From the UHGV virus genome UHGV-1370141: 64,000 bases of DNA. One strand, given 5' to 3'. Of this stretch, positions 29,826-38,786 are shown piece by piece. The DNA is from a virus. Positions within the stretch are counted from its first letter, which is position 1. Each line of letters begins with the position of its first letter. A model generated the notes under the pieces. That model saw only the letters and a program-made list of their open reading frames with translations. It made no database searches and was not told the DNA's origin. The position numbers and the translations under genes were made by a program.

Positions 29826-31025
29826 ATGGCCTCCATTGTTTATCAATATCCTTTAGATTTAACGGGCTCGCTAACGTCTAACGCTGTGGAGCGTCAGATT
29901 ACGTTAGGTACAGGTAAAGTAAACCGTGCTTTTGCTTTTCCTGACGGCCCGTTCTTTGCGGACACGTTCCGTTTACGTGTTGCTAACCGACCGGATGCAA
30001 CCTACGAACGTGGTACCGATTATGAGTTGATTTTTGCACACCCGACTTATGAAAAGCTGACTAAAAACCGCGAGATTGTTATGGCGGTGGTGGTCACTAA
30101 CACAGCGATTCCAACAGATATTACGGTATCTGCGCAGGTCGTTGGTGGACCACAGTCTGCGAACATCGTGGCTATCGAACAGGCGATTGCTGAATTAAAC
30201 CTCGATAACCGTACGGTTGCGTTTAAAGACCTGCGTAACGTACCAGATACATTCCCTTCTGCACCGACGTATAAAGACGTAGGTGACATCTACGGTTTTG
30301 AATATATCATTACCGTATTGGCGGGTATTAAAGATGCGATCAGTTCCGGTGACGCAGTACAGTTAGAGAACATTAAAGCGATTTTAGAAAGCCTGAAAAA
30401 TGACTTCTTAGACGCTTTAAATGCACACATTAACGCAACCGGTAACGTTCACCATCTTGATATTCATCAGGTTAACGGGTTAACAGAAACTGAAATCCGT
30501 GCGCTTATTCGTGACGTCCAGTCTGCCATCGACGCAACGATTACGGAAATCAATGCACTGAAGAAAGCGGACGAAGCTTTAGGTAAACGTATTGACGCTG
30601 TTGTCAACTCTCTGGAAGCGTGGAACGACCAACTTAACGTGGTTGCTCAAAACTACCAGAAAATGGCCTTAGCGTTGGCGAACCTGAACTCGTTAGTGTT
30701 ACAGCTGCAAAAGAGCATTAACGATCTGAACACGAAACTGAATCAGGTTATTCAGCGTGTTGATGCGTTAGAGCAACAGGGTCAAGAAACCGATCAGAAA
30801 ATCGATCAGCTACAACAAAACCTGGATGCGCTTAAACAGCAGGTTAACAATAACACGAACGCAATCAGTCAAGCGAACCAGAACCTACAAAACCACATTG
30901 CGGCAGATGACCCGCACACCGGTTATCTCCACAAGAGATACGGTGGTGTGGTTCAGGCCCCAGTACACGTTAACGCTAACCTGACGTCTCGTGATGACGT
31001 ACAGGCGGAAGCGGGTACGAAATAA
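29826..31025 (+). CDS. Coiled-coil fiber-like protein (399 aa)
   Basis: ATG at 29826 with AAGGAG at correct spacing (track GTG at 29820 is too close); Q/L/N-rich heptad coiled coil in C-terminal half. Confidence 0.55.
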   Translation: MASIVYQYPLDLTGSLTSNAVERQITLGTGKVNRAFAFPDGPFFADTFRLRVANRPDATYERGTDYELIFAHPTYEKLTKNREIVMAVVVTNTAIPTDITVSAQVVGGPQSANIVAIEQAIAELNLDNRTVAFKDLRNVPDTFPSAPTYKDVGDIYGFEYIITVLAGIKDAISSGDAVQLENIKAILESLKNDFLDALNAHINATGNVHHLDIHQVNGLTETEIRALIRDVQSAIDATITEINALKKADEALGKRIDAVVNSLEAWNDQLNVVAQNYQKMALALANLNSLVLQLQKSINDLNTKLNQVIQRVDALEQQGQETDQKIDQLQQNLDALKQQVNNNTNAISQANQNLQNHIAADDPHTGYLHKRYGGVVQAPVHVNANLTSRDDVQAEAGTK

Positions 31026-31034
31026 TTTAATTAC

Positions 31035-31080
31035 AGGAGGAACTATGCTTATGGGCGTAGTCCTCCTCTTTTTTATTTTA
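31035..31080 (+). terminator. Possible terminator before peptide cluster
   Basis: AGGAGGA...TCCTCCT inverted repeat with large loop followed by TTTTTTATTTT. Confidence 0.4.
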
Positions 31081-31090
31081 AGGATACGGA

Positions 31091-31483
31091 ATGGCGATTA
31101 GTGTTAAAAACGTACGCGACCGAATCACCAACGTAGAGAATCAGATGGCGACTGGGCCACGCATAGATCCTCAGGTTGCGTCAAAGGCGCACAATGCCGC
31201 AGACTCTTTTTCAGGTTGGACGCCAGGTCGTCTAGACTGTGGCGGTAGCTGTAGCTGGACGTGCTCGAACGGCTGCACACATGGTTGTACGAGTTGTTCA
31301 GGTACGTGTACATCTGTGTGTGTAGGAAGTTGTTCGTCTGCTTGCGGTAATCAGTGTACCGGATGTTCCGCTACATGCTCTGGTGGGTGCACTGGTTGTA
31401 GCGCTACATGCAGCGGTAGATGTTCCGGGCGTTGTAGCTCGGGTTGTAGTGGCGCGTGTGCGTCTTGTTCAGGGCCGACTTAA
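31091..31483 (+). CDS. Cys-rich precursor-like peptide 1 (130 aa; about 21 Cys in C-terminal 80 aa)
   Basis: Leader-like N-terminus then DCGGSCSWTCS... core of C/S/G/T with regular CxxxC or CxxC spacing; directly upstream of radical-SAM gene. Confidence 0.6.
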   Translation: MAISVKNVRDRITNVENQMATGPRIDPQVASKAHNAADSFSGWTPGRLDCGGSCSWTCSNGCTHGCTSCSGTCTSVCVGSCSSACGNQCTGCSATCSGGCTGCSATCSGRCSGRCSSGCSGACASCSGPT

Positions 31484-31507
31484 TTTAACAGATAGGTATT
31501 ATCTCTG

Positions 31508-32419
31508 ATGATAGAATTAACCACACCGACAGTATCCGATCAATTGTATTCTGAAGCAAGAACGTTAAATGTTATTACTACATCCAAATGTAATCTGGAC
31601 TGTAGTTTCTGCGGCGGAGCCTATTACATGCATAGAGAGGATACAACCGCAGAAGTACAAAAGAAAAGTATTATCGAGGCGCTGGAAAATAACCCAACCA
31701 TTACAAACATTCAATGGTCAGGGGGTGAACCATTACTCGCTTCGCGTAAAATTGATACCCTTATAGAAGAGATAAGGGAGAAGTATCCTCGTTGCGATCA
31801 TTACCTCTATACCAACGGTTTAAAGATGCGTAAAACGCATCTCCCGTTGTTAAAGGGTTTCGATAGTATCTTTTTTAGCATGGACGGATTCAAAGAATCA
31901 GAGCGCCCATTCATGCGGATTATCGAAGAAAAACAATACGAGGTTTTGGAGACAATTTACGAGTTGAAAAATATTCGTACTTGGGCAGTCTTGACGCGAG
32001 AACGTATTGGTGATAAACGCTGGTATGAGGATATAATTGCGTTACATAATCACATCTACCATTACGGTTTTCGCGAGATGTCGCTAGTTTTGGACAAAAA
32101 CATGCCAAAACCGTTATCTCCCGATCACGTTATGAACTTTATTTACGGGTATTTTAGAATTCAGGAAAATATAGAAAGACTGAACTCGTCCAATCGAAGC
32201 GAGTGCGCGTTTACGCTAAACGCGTTATTTGATGAACCCTGTAATACATGTAGTCGTTGTTTTCGTATCGAGTCTGACGGTGCCCAGAACCAAGTAAAAA
32301 ATGTTGAAATCGTAACGCAGCATGGCTGTAGTGACTTGGCCAGAAAGGTTGGCTTAGAAGCTTACGATTATATACGACGAGTGGTAGGGGCTAAGAATAG
32401 GATTCCAGCAAAATTGTGA
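31508..32419 (+). CDS. Radical SAM enzyme (paralog A)
   Basis: CNLDCSFCGG (CxxxCxxC with aromatic) and GGEPLL SAM motif; C-terminal extra Cys (CNTCSRC). Confidence 0.75.
   Translation: MIELTTPTVSDQLYSEARTLNVITTSKCNLDCSFCGGAYYMHREDTTAEVQKKSIIEALENNPTITNIQWSGGEPLLASRKIDTLIEEIREKYPRCDHYLYTNGLKMRKTHLPLLKGFDSIFFSMDGFKESERPFMRIIEEKQYEVLETIYELKNIRTWAVLTRERIGDKRWYEDIIALHNHIYHYGFREMSLVLDKNMPKPLSPDHVMNFIYGYFRIQENIERLNSSNRSECAFTLNALFDEPCNTCSRCFRIESDGAQNQVKNVEIVTQHGCSDLARKVGLEAYDYIRRVVGAKNRIPAKL
32102..32184 (+). repeat. 83-nt tract identical to 34620..34702 (gene-conversion tract between radical-SAM paralogs)
   Basis: Identical DNA read by eye; further identical tracts 31572-31630 = 34090-34148 and 31811-31854 = 34329-34372. 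Confidence 0.7.
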
Positions 32420-32480
32420 TATTTTTACAGAGAATGAATTATAATGTGCCTTAGCTGGCACTGAACCAGTAGGTGTTAAA

Positions 32481-32879
32481 ATGGCGATTGGTTTATCTTC
32501 TTTAAAAGCGCGTTTGGATAATATAGATTCTTCCGCGCTAAAAAACACTGGAGCAGTACAGAACTATATTCGTGGAAAGGCTACGAATAATGTCGATCTA
32601 TTTGGCGGCCAACCTAAAAACCATTACGACTGTGGCGGTAGCTGTAGCTGGACGTGCTCTAGTTGTTCTGGTGGTTGTACCGGTAATGCTTCAGGAGGTT
32701 GTGGTTCCTCATGTTCAGCAAACTGTGTTTCTGGTTGTAGTTCTGGATGTTCAGGTTGCTCTAGTTCATGTTCTGGAGGCTGCACGGGGACATGTATAGG
32801 CCAATGTACGACTACATGTACAGGTACATGTAGTCGTACCTGTCATGGTGGCTGTTCACAATCGTGTACGGGAAGATAA
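32481..32879 (+). CDS. Cys-rich precursor-like peptide 2 (132 aa; about 20 Cys)
   Basis: Shares DCGGSCSWTCS junction (32 nt DNA identical to 31234-31265) then Cys/Ser/Gly/Thr core. Confidence 0.6.
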   Translation: MAIGLSSLKARLDNIDSSALKNTGAVQNYIRGKATNNVDLFGGQPKNHYDCGGSCSWTCSSCSGGCTGNASGGCGSSCSANCVSGCSSGCSGCSSSCSGGCTGTCIGQCTTTCTGTCSRTCHGGCSQSCTGR

Positions 32880-32882
32880 GAA

Positions 32883-33092
32883 ATGATAAGTCTTAAAAAC
32901 ATACGCGACAGATTAGTAACGGCAGAAGGGTACATTACCACAGCAGGAGCAAACAACTATATTGCAAACCAAGGTACAGTGTCATCTACTAATAACCTTT
33001 CTGGTTTACCGTTGAGTCACTATAACTGTAACGGTGGGTGTAGCTGGTCCTGTAGCGGTAGTTGTAGCCGTGGTGCTGGCGGTAGTAAGTAG
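32883..33092 (+). CDS. Short Cys-rich precursor-like peptide 3 (69 aa; 4 Cys)
   Basis: Leader similar to peptides 1 and 2 (KNIRDRL; NNYIANQGT), core NCNGGCSWSCSGSCS. Confidence 0.5.
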   Translation: MISLKNIRDRLVTAEGYITTAGANNYIANQGTVSSTNNLSGLPLSHYNCNGGCSWSCSGSCSRGAGGSK

Positions 33093-33115
33093 TAGAAACG
33101 TGTCAGAGGTATTCA

Positions 33116-34003
33116 ATGAAAAACGATTTACATTTAGCATATAACACTACATTTAACCATCCTTTGCAAATCTCTTCTCCAGATTCTGTACGTTATCATT
33201 TAAGTGATGACGTTCGTTTAATTACCATGCTACCTGGCGAATGGCCGAAATTACGGGGCCGTGATATCGTCAACCGTGATAATATCTCCGTAGAAAATAC
33301 TTTTACAATTCGTGATCTGCCGGTCGAACGTGTGATTGTTTTTACAGGAGATGATGAACTTTATGGAATGATTGTTGATGGTAAATACTTCTTCAGTGAC
33401 GGGGTTTTAAATGCTGGTAGCGATTTAGAACTTTTTTTTACACCGTTTGCTGAGCTTGACGCTAAGCCTATGGTTCGCAGATGGTGGAGTCCAGATTACA
33501 TGGGGGCTTTTCCGTATTACTATACTCTTGTTGGTAAGGATGTTGAAGAGTATTCCGATAGTGAACCATACACCAACATTGAAGGTTATCAGGACCTCGG
33601 AATTGCACATTTAGCTGATTTAATGGCTTATAGCTATAAGTTCGAATGGATTCGTGAACGTTCTGTTTGGAAAGCCATTACTGACGACCATGTTATTACG
33701 AAACGTATTCGTAAACCATGGATGCAACATCTTGTTCAAATACGATTTGGCCAAAGTCCAGTAACCGAGGCTGATATTTCTAAACTTGTTAGTTTTTTAT
33801 TGTCTAAGGTTGAATTGACTGATGAAGAAGCCGAAGCTGTTAAGCCGATGCTTGATCGTATTGTGACCTTAGAAGACCTCAAAAGAATGAATAGTCGTTA
33901 TAACGATCTTAATCGGTTGCTAGAGGCGTATAATTCGACAAAGGTTTTAAAACCTGGAGTCAATTTCGACGAAGATCCGTTGTTCGCTATCGACTATAAT
34001 TAA
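33116..34003 (+). CDS. Hypothetical protein within the radical-SAM cluster
   Basis: 295 aa; GAGGT RBS; no recognised motif. Confidence 0.55.
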   Translation: MKNDLHLAYNTTFNHPLQISSPDSVRYHLSDDVRLITMLPGEWPKLRGRDIVNRDNISVENTFTIRDLPVERVIVFTGDDELYGMIVDGKYFFSDGVLNAGSDLELFFTPFAELDAKPMVRRWWSPDYMGAFPYYYTLVGKDVEEYSDSEPYTNIEGYQDLGIAHLADLMAYSYKFEWIRERSVWKAITDDHVITKRIRKPWMQHLVQIRFGQSPVTEADISKLVSFLLSKVELTDEEAEAVKPMLDRIVTLEDLKRMNSRYNDLNRLLEAYNSTKVLKPGVNFDEDPLFAIDYN

Positions 34004-34025
34004 ATAATTAATGGAGTCACCTGCA

Positions 34026-34949
34026 ATGGCGACCAATGCGGAACCAAAATTATCAGATCAGTTATTTGACAATCCAACAATATTAGCCGTTATTACTACA
34101 TCCAAATGTAATCTGGACTGTAGTTTCTGCGGCGGAGCCTATTACATGAATCGTGAAGATTCTTCTCGAGAGTTTCAACGTGACCGAATTATGGAGGCGT
34201 TAGAAGCTAACCCAACAATCACCGAGATTCAATGGACGGGTGGTGAGCCTTTGTTAGCCACTCGTAAAATTGAGGCGTTTGTTGACGAGTTAAAAGTAAT
34301 TCGTCCAGAGCTCAAACATCAGTTATATACCAACGGTTTAAAGATGCGTAAAACGCATCTCCCGTTGTTAAAACAATTTGATAATGTGTATGTTAGCATC
34401 GACGGGTTTGAGTTGTCTGAACGCCCTTTTAAGCGTTTTATTAACGATGGTTGCTACGAAGCTTTAGAAGTAATGCATGAGCTTGAAAATGTTCATACAT
34501 GGGCCGTTTTAACTCGAGAACAGTTGGGTAACAAACGGTGGCATGAAGACATTATTGAGCTTCATAATGCGATCTATCACTACGGTTATCGTACCATGAC
34601 GTTGCTGTTAGACGCGAATATGCCAAAACCGTTATCTCCCGATCACGTTATGAACTTTATTTACGGGTATTTTAGAATTCAGGAAAATATAGAAAGACTG
34701 AATGTTTCCAACTCGAAAAGGTGTGACTATGTCGTAAGCAAAGTTTTTGATGGTGGGTGTAACGTATGCAGCAATAGTTTATGGTTAAGAGCAGATGGAA
34801 CCGAATATCAGTTGCAAAATGCCCCGAGATTATTAGAATCGGGATGTAACCAATTAGCTTGTTCCATCGGGTTAGAAGCCTACGAGTATATTCGACGAGT
34901 GGTTATGGCCAACCGTAATAGTGGAGTATTAAATGAACCAAGAAAATAA
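34026..34949 (+). CDS. Radical SAM enzyme (paralog B)
   Basis: ATG at 34026 has GGAG RBS (track ATG 34011 has none); CNLDCSFCGG, GGEPLL; identical DNA tracts shared with paralog A. Confidence 0.75.
   Translation: MATNAEPKLSDQLFDNPTILAVITTSKCNLDCSFCGGAYYMNREDSSREFQRDRIMEALEANPTITEIQWTGGEPLLATRKIEAFVDELKVIRPELKHQLYTNGLKMRKTHLPLLKQFDNVYVSIDGFELSERPFKRFINDGCYEALEVMHELENVHTWAVLTREQLGNKRWHEDIIELHNAIYHYGYRTMTLLLDANMPKPLSPDHVMNFIYGYFRIQENIERLNVSNSKRCDYVVSKVFDGGCNVCSNSLWLRADGTEYQLQNAPRLLESGCNQLACSIGLEAYEYIRRVVMANRNSGVLNEPRK
34620..34702 (+). repeat. 83-nt tract identical to 32102..32184
   Basis: See paired repeat. Confidence 0.7.
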
Positions 34950-36255
34950 TTACCCGAAACAGTTGACTTACCAGATTGTTACAAACTTGTCGTGTAATTT
35001 GGACTGTGAGTATTGTTACGAGCGTAAATATCCCCGCAATAACAAAGCAGCAGATATTGTAGATTTTCTTCATGCCTGTTTCGAGCGTGATAAAGATTTA
35101 CCAAACGTAGAAGTCGTCATTGACATTATCGGCGGCGAGCCGTTTATGCAGCCTAAGCTTCTAATGGCCGCTTTCGAAACAGCCGAGCAGTTGTGTGAAG
35201 AACATAAACGCCCGTTTATGTTTAGTATCTCTACTAATGGGACATTATTAGATAGGCCGTTGAACAGGGAAATTATTGAACGTTGGAAGGACAGACTTTC
35301 TATCGGGGTGTCTATTGATGGGTTACCTGAGTCGCACGATAAGTACCGTATTTTTACAACGAGTCGCGAAGGTTCTTACGAGGCCGCTGTACGTGGTTAC
35401 AATTATCTAAAAGAAGTAGGTATCGCGGAGCTTGGGGTTAAAGCGACATTTACTTTGGAAACGCTCCCACATTATGCGGCGGGTATGAAATCCCTAATCG
35501 ATTTGGCTGGAGGTGGAACCATTTCTGGTAACGTAACCTTCGAAGACATTATGCCACGGAGTATGGCTACGTCGATAGCGCTACAAATGATGGATGTAGT
35601 CGATTATTGGGTTGAAAAGGGTTTACACACCAACCCACGTAATACCCTATCACATATCATCCCGGAAGGGTTAGATTTCGACACTATCTGGGAACCGAAC
35701 TGGCGGGATCAGCTACTTTACAACGATACTGTACGTTTAAACCCGGAACGCTTGCGTCCGTTCTGCGGGACATTAACTCACATGACTTGTTTAGGGTTTG
35801 ACAGGAAGATTTTCGGTTGTAACCGTTTCATGTCGACTGTAACGTCACGTTCTGCGGTATTTGAGTTAGTCGGTCGTGAGTTTGTTAGCTTAGACGGTGG
35901 GAAACTGCTGGAAGAGATTCAGACGCAATACACCAACTATCCTGAGACGTGCTTAGGTTGTCCGATGAAACACGCTTGTGGTAGCTGTGCAGCAGCTTCC
36001 TACGAGAATGGGGAAGGGACGTTAGAAGACCGTAAAGCGTATCACGCTGAACGTCGTCAATGTGGTTGGACAACTGCAAAATTAATGGTCGCGGAATACT
36101 GGAAACAGAAGATGGGTACAACATCTGTGAAGGATTTCCACGATAATAGCATGTGTTACTGCCCTCGCTGTGTACGTGAACGTGCCCAAAAAGAAAAACA
36201 ATTGAGAGAAGCCAAAGATGAAGCCAATTCTGATCCACAATATTACGAAGCGTAA
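34933..36255 (+). CDS. Radical SAM enzyme with C-terminal SPASM-like Cys cluster
   Basis: CNLDCEYC, GGEPFM; C-terminal FCGTLTHMTC...CLGCPMKHACGSC...CYCPRC; start overlaps upstream stop by 17 nt. Confidence 0.75.
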   Translation: MNQENNYPKQLTYQIVTNLSCNLDCEYCYERKYPRNNKAADIVDFLHACFERDKDLPNVEVVIDIIGGEPFMQPKLLMAAFETAEQLCEEHKRPFMFSISTNGTLLDRPLNREIIERWKDRLSIGVSIDGLPESHDKYRIFTTSREGSYEAAVRGYNYLKEVGIAELGVKATFTLETLPHYAAGMKSLIDLAGGGTISGNVTFEDIMPRSMATSIALQMMDVVDYWVEKGLHTNPRNTLSHIIPEGLDFDTIWEPNWRDQLLYNDTVRLNPERLRPFCGTLTHMTCLGFDRKIFGCNRFMSTVTSRSAVFELVGREFVSLDGGKLLEEIQTQYTNYPETCLGCPMKHACGSCAAASYENGEGTLEDRKAYHAERRQCGWTTAKLMVAEYWKQKMGTTSVKDFHDNSMCYCPRCVRERAQKEKQLREAKDEANSDPQYYEA

Positions 36256-36790
36256 ATTCCGTTTTCTGGAAAAGTTTTTAGAAACTACGAAACTGTTTGG
36301 CTGTTATGTGCAGATTAACGGCGAAGATTTCAATGACGATGTTAAGCGTTTATTAATTCGTCACGGAATCACCGTTGTTATCCCGATGTATTGTACAGAA
36401 CTTACCGAACTTTCTGTGGCCGAAATCGAGAAACAAAATCCAGGCTTTGAACAGCGCGTGCTGGAATTTCCTAAACATAAAATCGTTCTTTTACGCCGCG
36501 CTTTGCAAGAGCCGAGCGTTGAATCTGTTGCTGCTCTAGGTTTATCGTTTCCTGGTGTGACAATTTATGTCACACGAAACCCAGAGTCCACCATCGATGG
36601 TTTTTACGATGAAAGGGAAACTTTTCATAGTTTAGTTTATCCCGAGCTTACAGAAGACGAACGTCAAGGACTACATATTGACTGGGACTCAAATTTTGAT
36701 AGTAAGTTTCGTAAAATCGATTTTGATCTTCTGATCGAGCTGGGTTTAATTAAAGGAGAAGACGAATGCCTGCTCTTGACAAAAGCTTAA
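36218..36790 (+). CDS. Hypothetical protein (cluster-associated)
   Basis: 190 aa; overlaps upstream gene end, translationally coupled. Confidence 0.5.
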   Translation: MKPILIHNITKRKFRFLEKFLETTKLFGCYVQINGEDFNDDVKRLLIRHGITVVIPMYCTELTELSVAEIEKQNPGFEQRVLEFPKHKIVLLRRALQEPSVESVAALGLSFPGVTIYVTRNPESTIDGFYDERETFHSLVYPELTEDERQGLHIDWDSNFDSKFRKIDFDLLIELGLIKGEDECLLLTKA

Positions 36791-37440
36791 TAAACGAAGA
36801 TATTCGCGCCAGATTTTTTAGCCGACTTTCCCCAATTGATCGCCACGGAAACTTTTTGGGTCATATAGGTACTGAAGATCGCGGCAGAACGGGTTTTTGT
36901 ACAATGCTTCATTACAAACTACTCGATGGCATGTCCGATGAAGACGCGTTAGATCAAATGCGTAGTTACAATATGTCAGATATTGAAGCAAATTTCACCC
37001 TGAAAAAAGCAAAAGAGTTCATTTCAGATGTATTGGAGATAGATCTGGATGAAATTCGAAGTAACGTTCGTTCAACAGCACGATATATTTATTTAGATGT
37101 TCAAAAGATCATGAAGGCGTTGGAGTCGCGTTACGAAGCAGAACGTTACGAACCAATTCAGCTGAATGATCGTCATTTTCAGGCTGATGCAATCTCCCGA
37201 CAAATGTTAGGGCAATATATCCAATCTGAAACTGCGCCAGAATATTGGTTGGATACCGCCAATACGCGTTTAGAACCCTTTACATTAGAAGAATGTAAGG
37301 AACTATTGTCCGAGATCGTAAAACGTGATCAGAAACTGCATGGACAAATGACCGCGCAGAAAAAAGAGCTTCGCCTCTTAGCTGAACAGCGTGACTACGA
37401 CACTATCCGTGCACTTGCACTGGAAATGGGATTAGAATAA
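36766..37440 (+). CDS. Hypothetical protein (cluster-associated)
   Basis: 224 aa; AAGGAG RBS; followed by terminator. Confidence 0.55.
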   Translation: MPALDKSLINEDIRARFFSRLSPIDRHGNFLGHIGTEDRGRTGFCTMLHYKLLDGMSDEDALDQMRSYNMSDIEANFTLKKAKEFISDVLEIDLDEIRSNVRSTARYIYLDVQKIMKALESRYEAERYEPIQLNDRHFQADAISRQMLGQYIQSETAPEYWLDTANTRLEPFTLEECKELLSEIVKRDQKLHGQMTAQKKELRLLAEQRDYDTIRALALEMGLE

Positions 37441-37444
37441 AAAA

Positions 37445-37488
37445 TACCTACCTCCGTAAAGGAGGTAGGTAAACTTATTATTTTTTTG
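37445..37488. terminator. Intrinsic terminator between convergent blocks
   Basis: Hairpin CCTACCTCC-gtaaa-GGAGGTAGG then T-rich run ending TTTTTTT. Confidence 0.6.
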
Positions 37489-37509
37489 TTATAGTAGTTG
37501 ACTTAGCGG

Positions 37510-38040
37510 TTAAGCAGTAAAACCGTCCAATTCACCGTTGGTGGTGGCCAGGTCAATACGATTATCGACAACCTTCGGTGTAATTACGAAAGTTGCCATT
37601 ACACCCGGTTTATAACGGAGGTTCTGTTCAGTAACGGTGCACGTCACGGTACGCAGAGTGACGTTTTCATGTTCGTCTTTCTGGTCTTCGGTGCTGTACA
37701 CAACGTCACCTGGCGCGATAGCGTCGTCAGGTTTTACTTTGTTGATGTAATATTGTAACCAAGCGCGGAGTTCGTTTTCTTGAACCCAGCGAGACAGATC
37801 ATCAGTTAGTTCAATCCGTCCTACAACACCTGGCTCCAGACGATCGTAATGCAGTTCGATTGCACCTTTGAAATTCTCAGAACCTGGTAGTGCAGTCATG
37901 GTAACTTTGGTATTCTTACTTTCGCCTTCCAGCGCAGTAGGGAGACCAAAGGACACTTCTTTATCAGTAATCTGATGTGGTAGCTCAGTGTTAGCAGCAT
38001 TATAAAGCGCGACCAACATCATCTGGTTAGTAGCGGCCAT
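37510..38040 (-). CDS. Hypothetical protein, paralog of 38112..38648 (C-terminal GELDGFTA)
   Basis: 176 aa; shared NTK(V/I)T(M/L)TA...NFKG...HY.RL and C-terminal GELDGFTA. Confidence 0.55.
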   Translation of the reverse strand: MAATNQMMLVALYNAANTELPHQITDKEVSFGLPTALEGESKNTKVTMTALPGSENFKGAIELHYDRLEPGVVGRIELTDDLSRWVQENELRAWLQYYINKVKPDDAIAPGDVVYSTEDQKDEHENVTLRTVTCTVTEQNLRYKPGVMATFVITPKVVDNRIDLATTNGELDGFTA

Positions 38041-38089
38041 TATCTTAGGTCCTTAATAGAACAAGTTAGAGAAATATCGGGGGAGGTCA

Positions 38090-38099
38090 CCCCCCCCCC
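38090..38099. repeat. C10 homopolymer in conserved intergenic context TCA-C(n)-GATT
   Basis: Read directly; preceded by GGGGGAGG giving a G/C hairpin; about 50 nt upstream of 37510..38040 start. Confidence 0.8.
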
Positions 38100-38111
38100 G
38101 ATTTAACTTAC

Positions 38112-38648
38112 TTAGCCACCGACACCCGGCGCAGTGAAGCCATCAAGTTCACCTTCCAGACCGCCCAGTGCTACCTTCTCAGGAGCTGGGTTGGAATAAG
38201 TGAAAGTAGCAATAGTACCCGCCAGGAATTTAATGTGGCCATCGTTTACTTTGACAGTGTAAACTTTAGCACCGCTGTCGCCTTCGGATTTAACGATAGT
38301 GAGTTCGCTCTCTGCAAACGCGTCATCGACATAACCTTTAGTAACCATTTCTTTGTTCAGTTTGGTTACAATGGCAGAGTTTTCCAGATCGAGACTACCA
38401 GCTTGTTCGTAAGCTTTAGCACCGATCAGGTCTTGGGATGCCAGACGGATATAATGGAATTCTTTCTCGCCTTTGAAGTTCTGGCTTTCTGCCTTGGCGG
38501 TCAGTGTAATTTTGGTGTTACGACCAGCGTCTCCGCTGTGCGCTTCGACAGCACCAAAATCGACATCACCAACCGTCAGATTAGAAGCGGTTGCAGAGTT
38601 TTTAGCAATTACAGCTTCGATGAGCTGTTGTTTGAAGGCTTTAGCCAT
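38112..38648 (-). CDS. Hypothetical protein, paralog of 37510..38040
   Basis: ATG at 38648 has GAGG RBS (track start 38684 lacks one); C-terminal GELDGFTA. Confidence 0.55.
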   Translation of the reverse strand: MAKAFKQQLIEAVIAKNSATASNLTVGDVDFGAVEAHSGDAGRNTKITLTAKAESQNFKGEKEFHYIRLASQDLIGAKAYEQAGSLDLENSAIVTKLNKEMVTKGYVDDAFAESELTIVKSEGDSGAKVYTVKVNDGHIKFLAGTIATFTYSNPAPEKVALGGLEGELDGFTAPGVGG

Positions 38649-38786
38649 CTTTTTTACCTCGTAAGTGGTAGGGGTGGATTGCATAAGAAAGTTATTTTAG
38701 ACATTTCCTAAAATATAGATATGACGGTTGGCAGTAGGCGCTAACCTGAAAAAATAATTTTTCTTAATTTTAATAAGGGTGAGTTT

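Noticed and set aside
32572-32799. 75-aa Val-rich ORF overlapping precursor peptide 2 in another frame
   Set aside because: Frame-shifted shadow of the repetitive Cys/Gly/Ser codons; the Cys-rich frame has the RBS and the paralog support.
38679-38786. Specific sigma-70 promoter for the lipoprotein gene (TTGCAT or TTGGCA candidates)
   Set aside because: No -10 hexamer at correct spacing could be identified with confidence.
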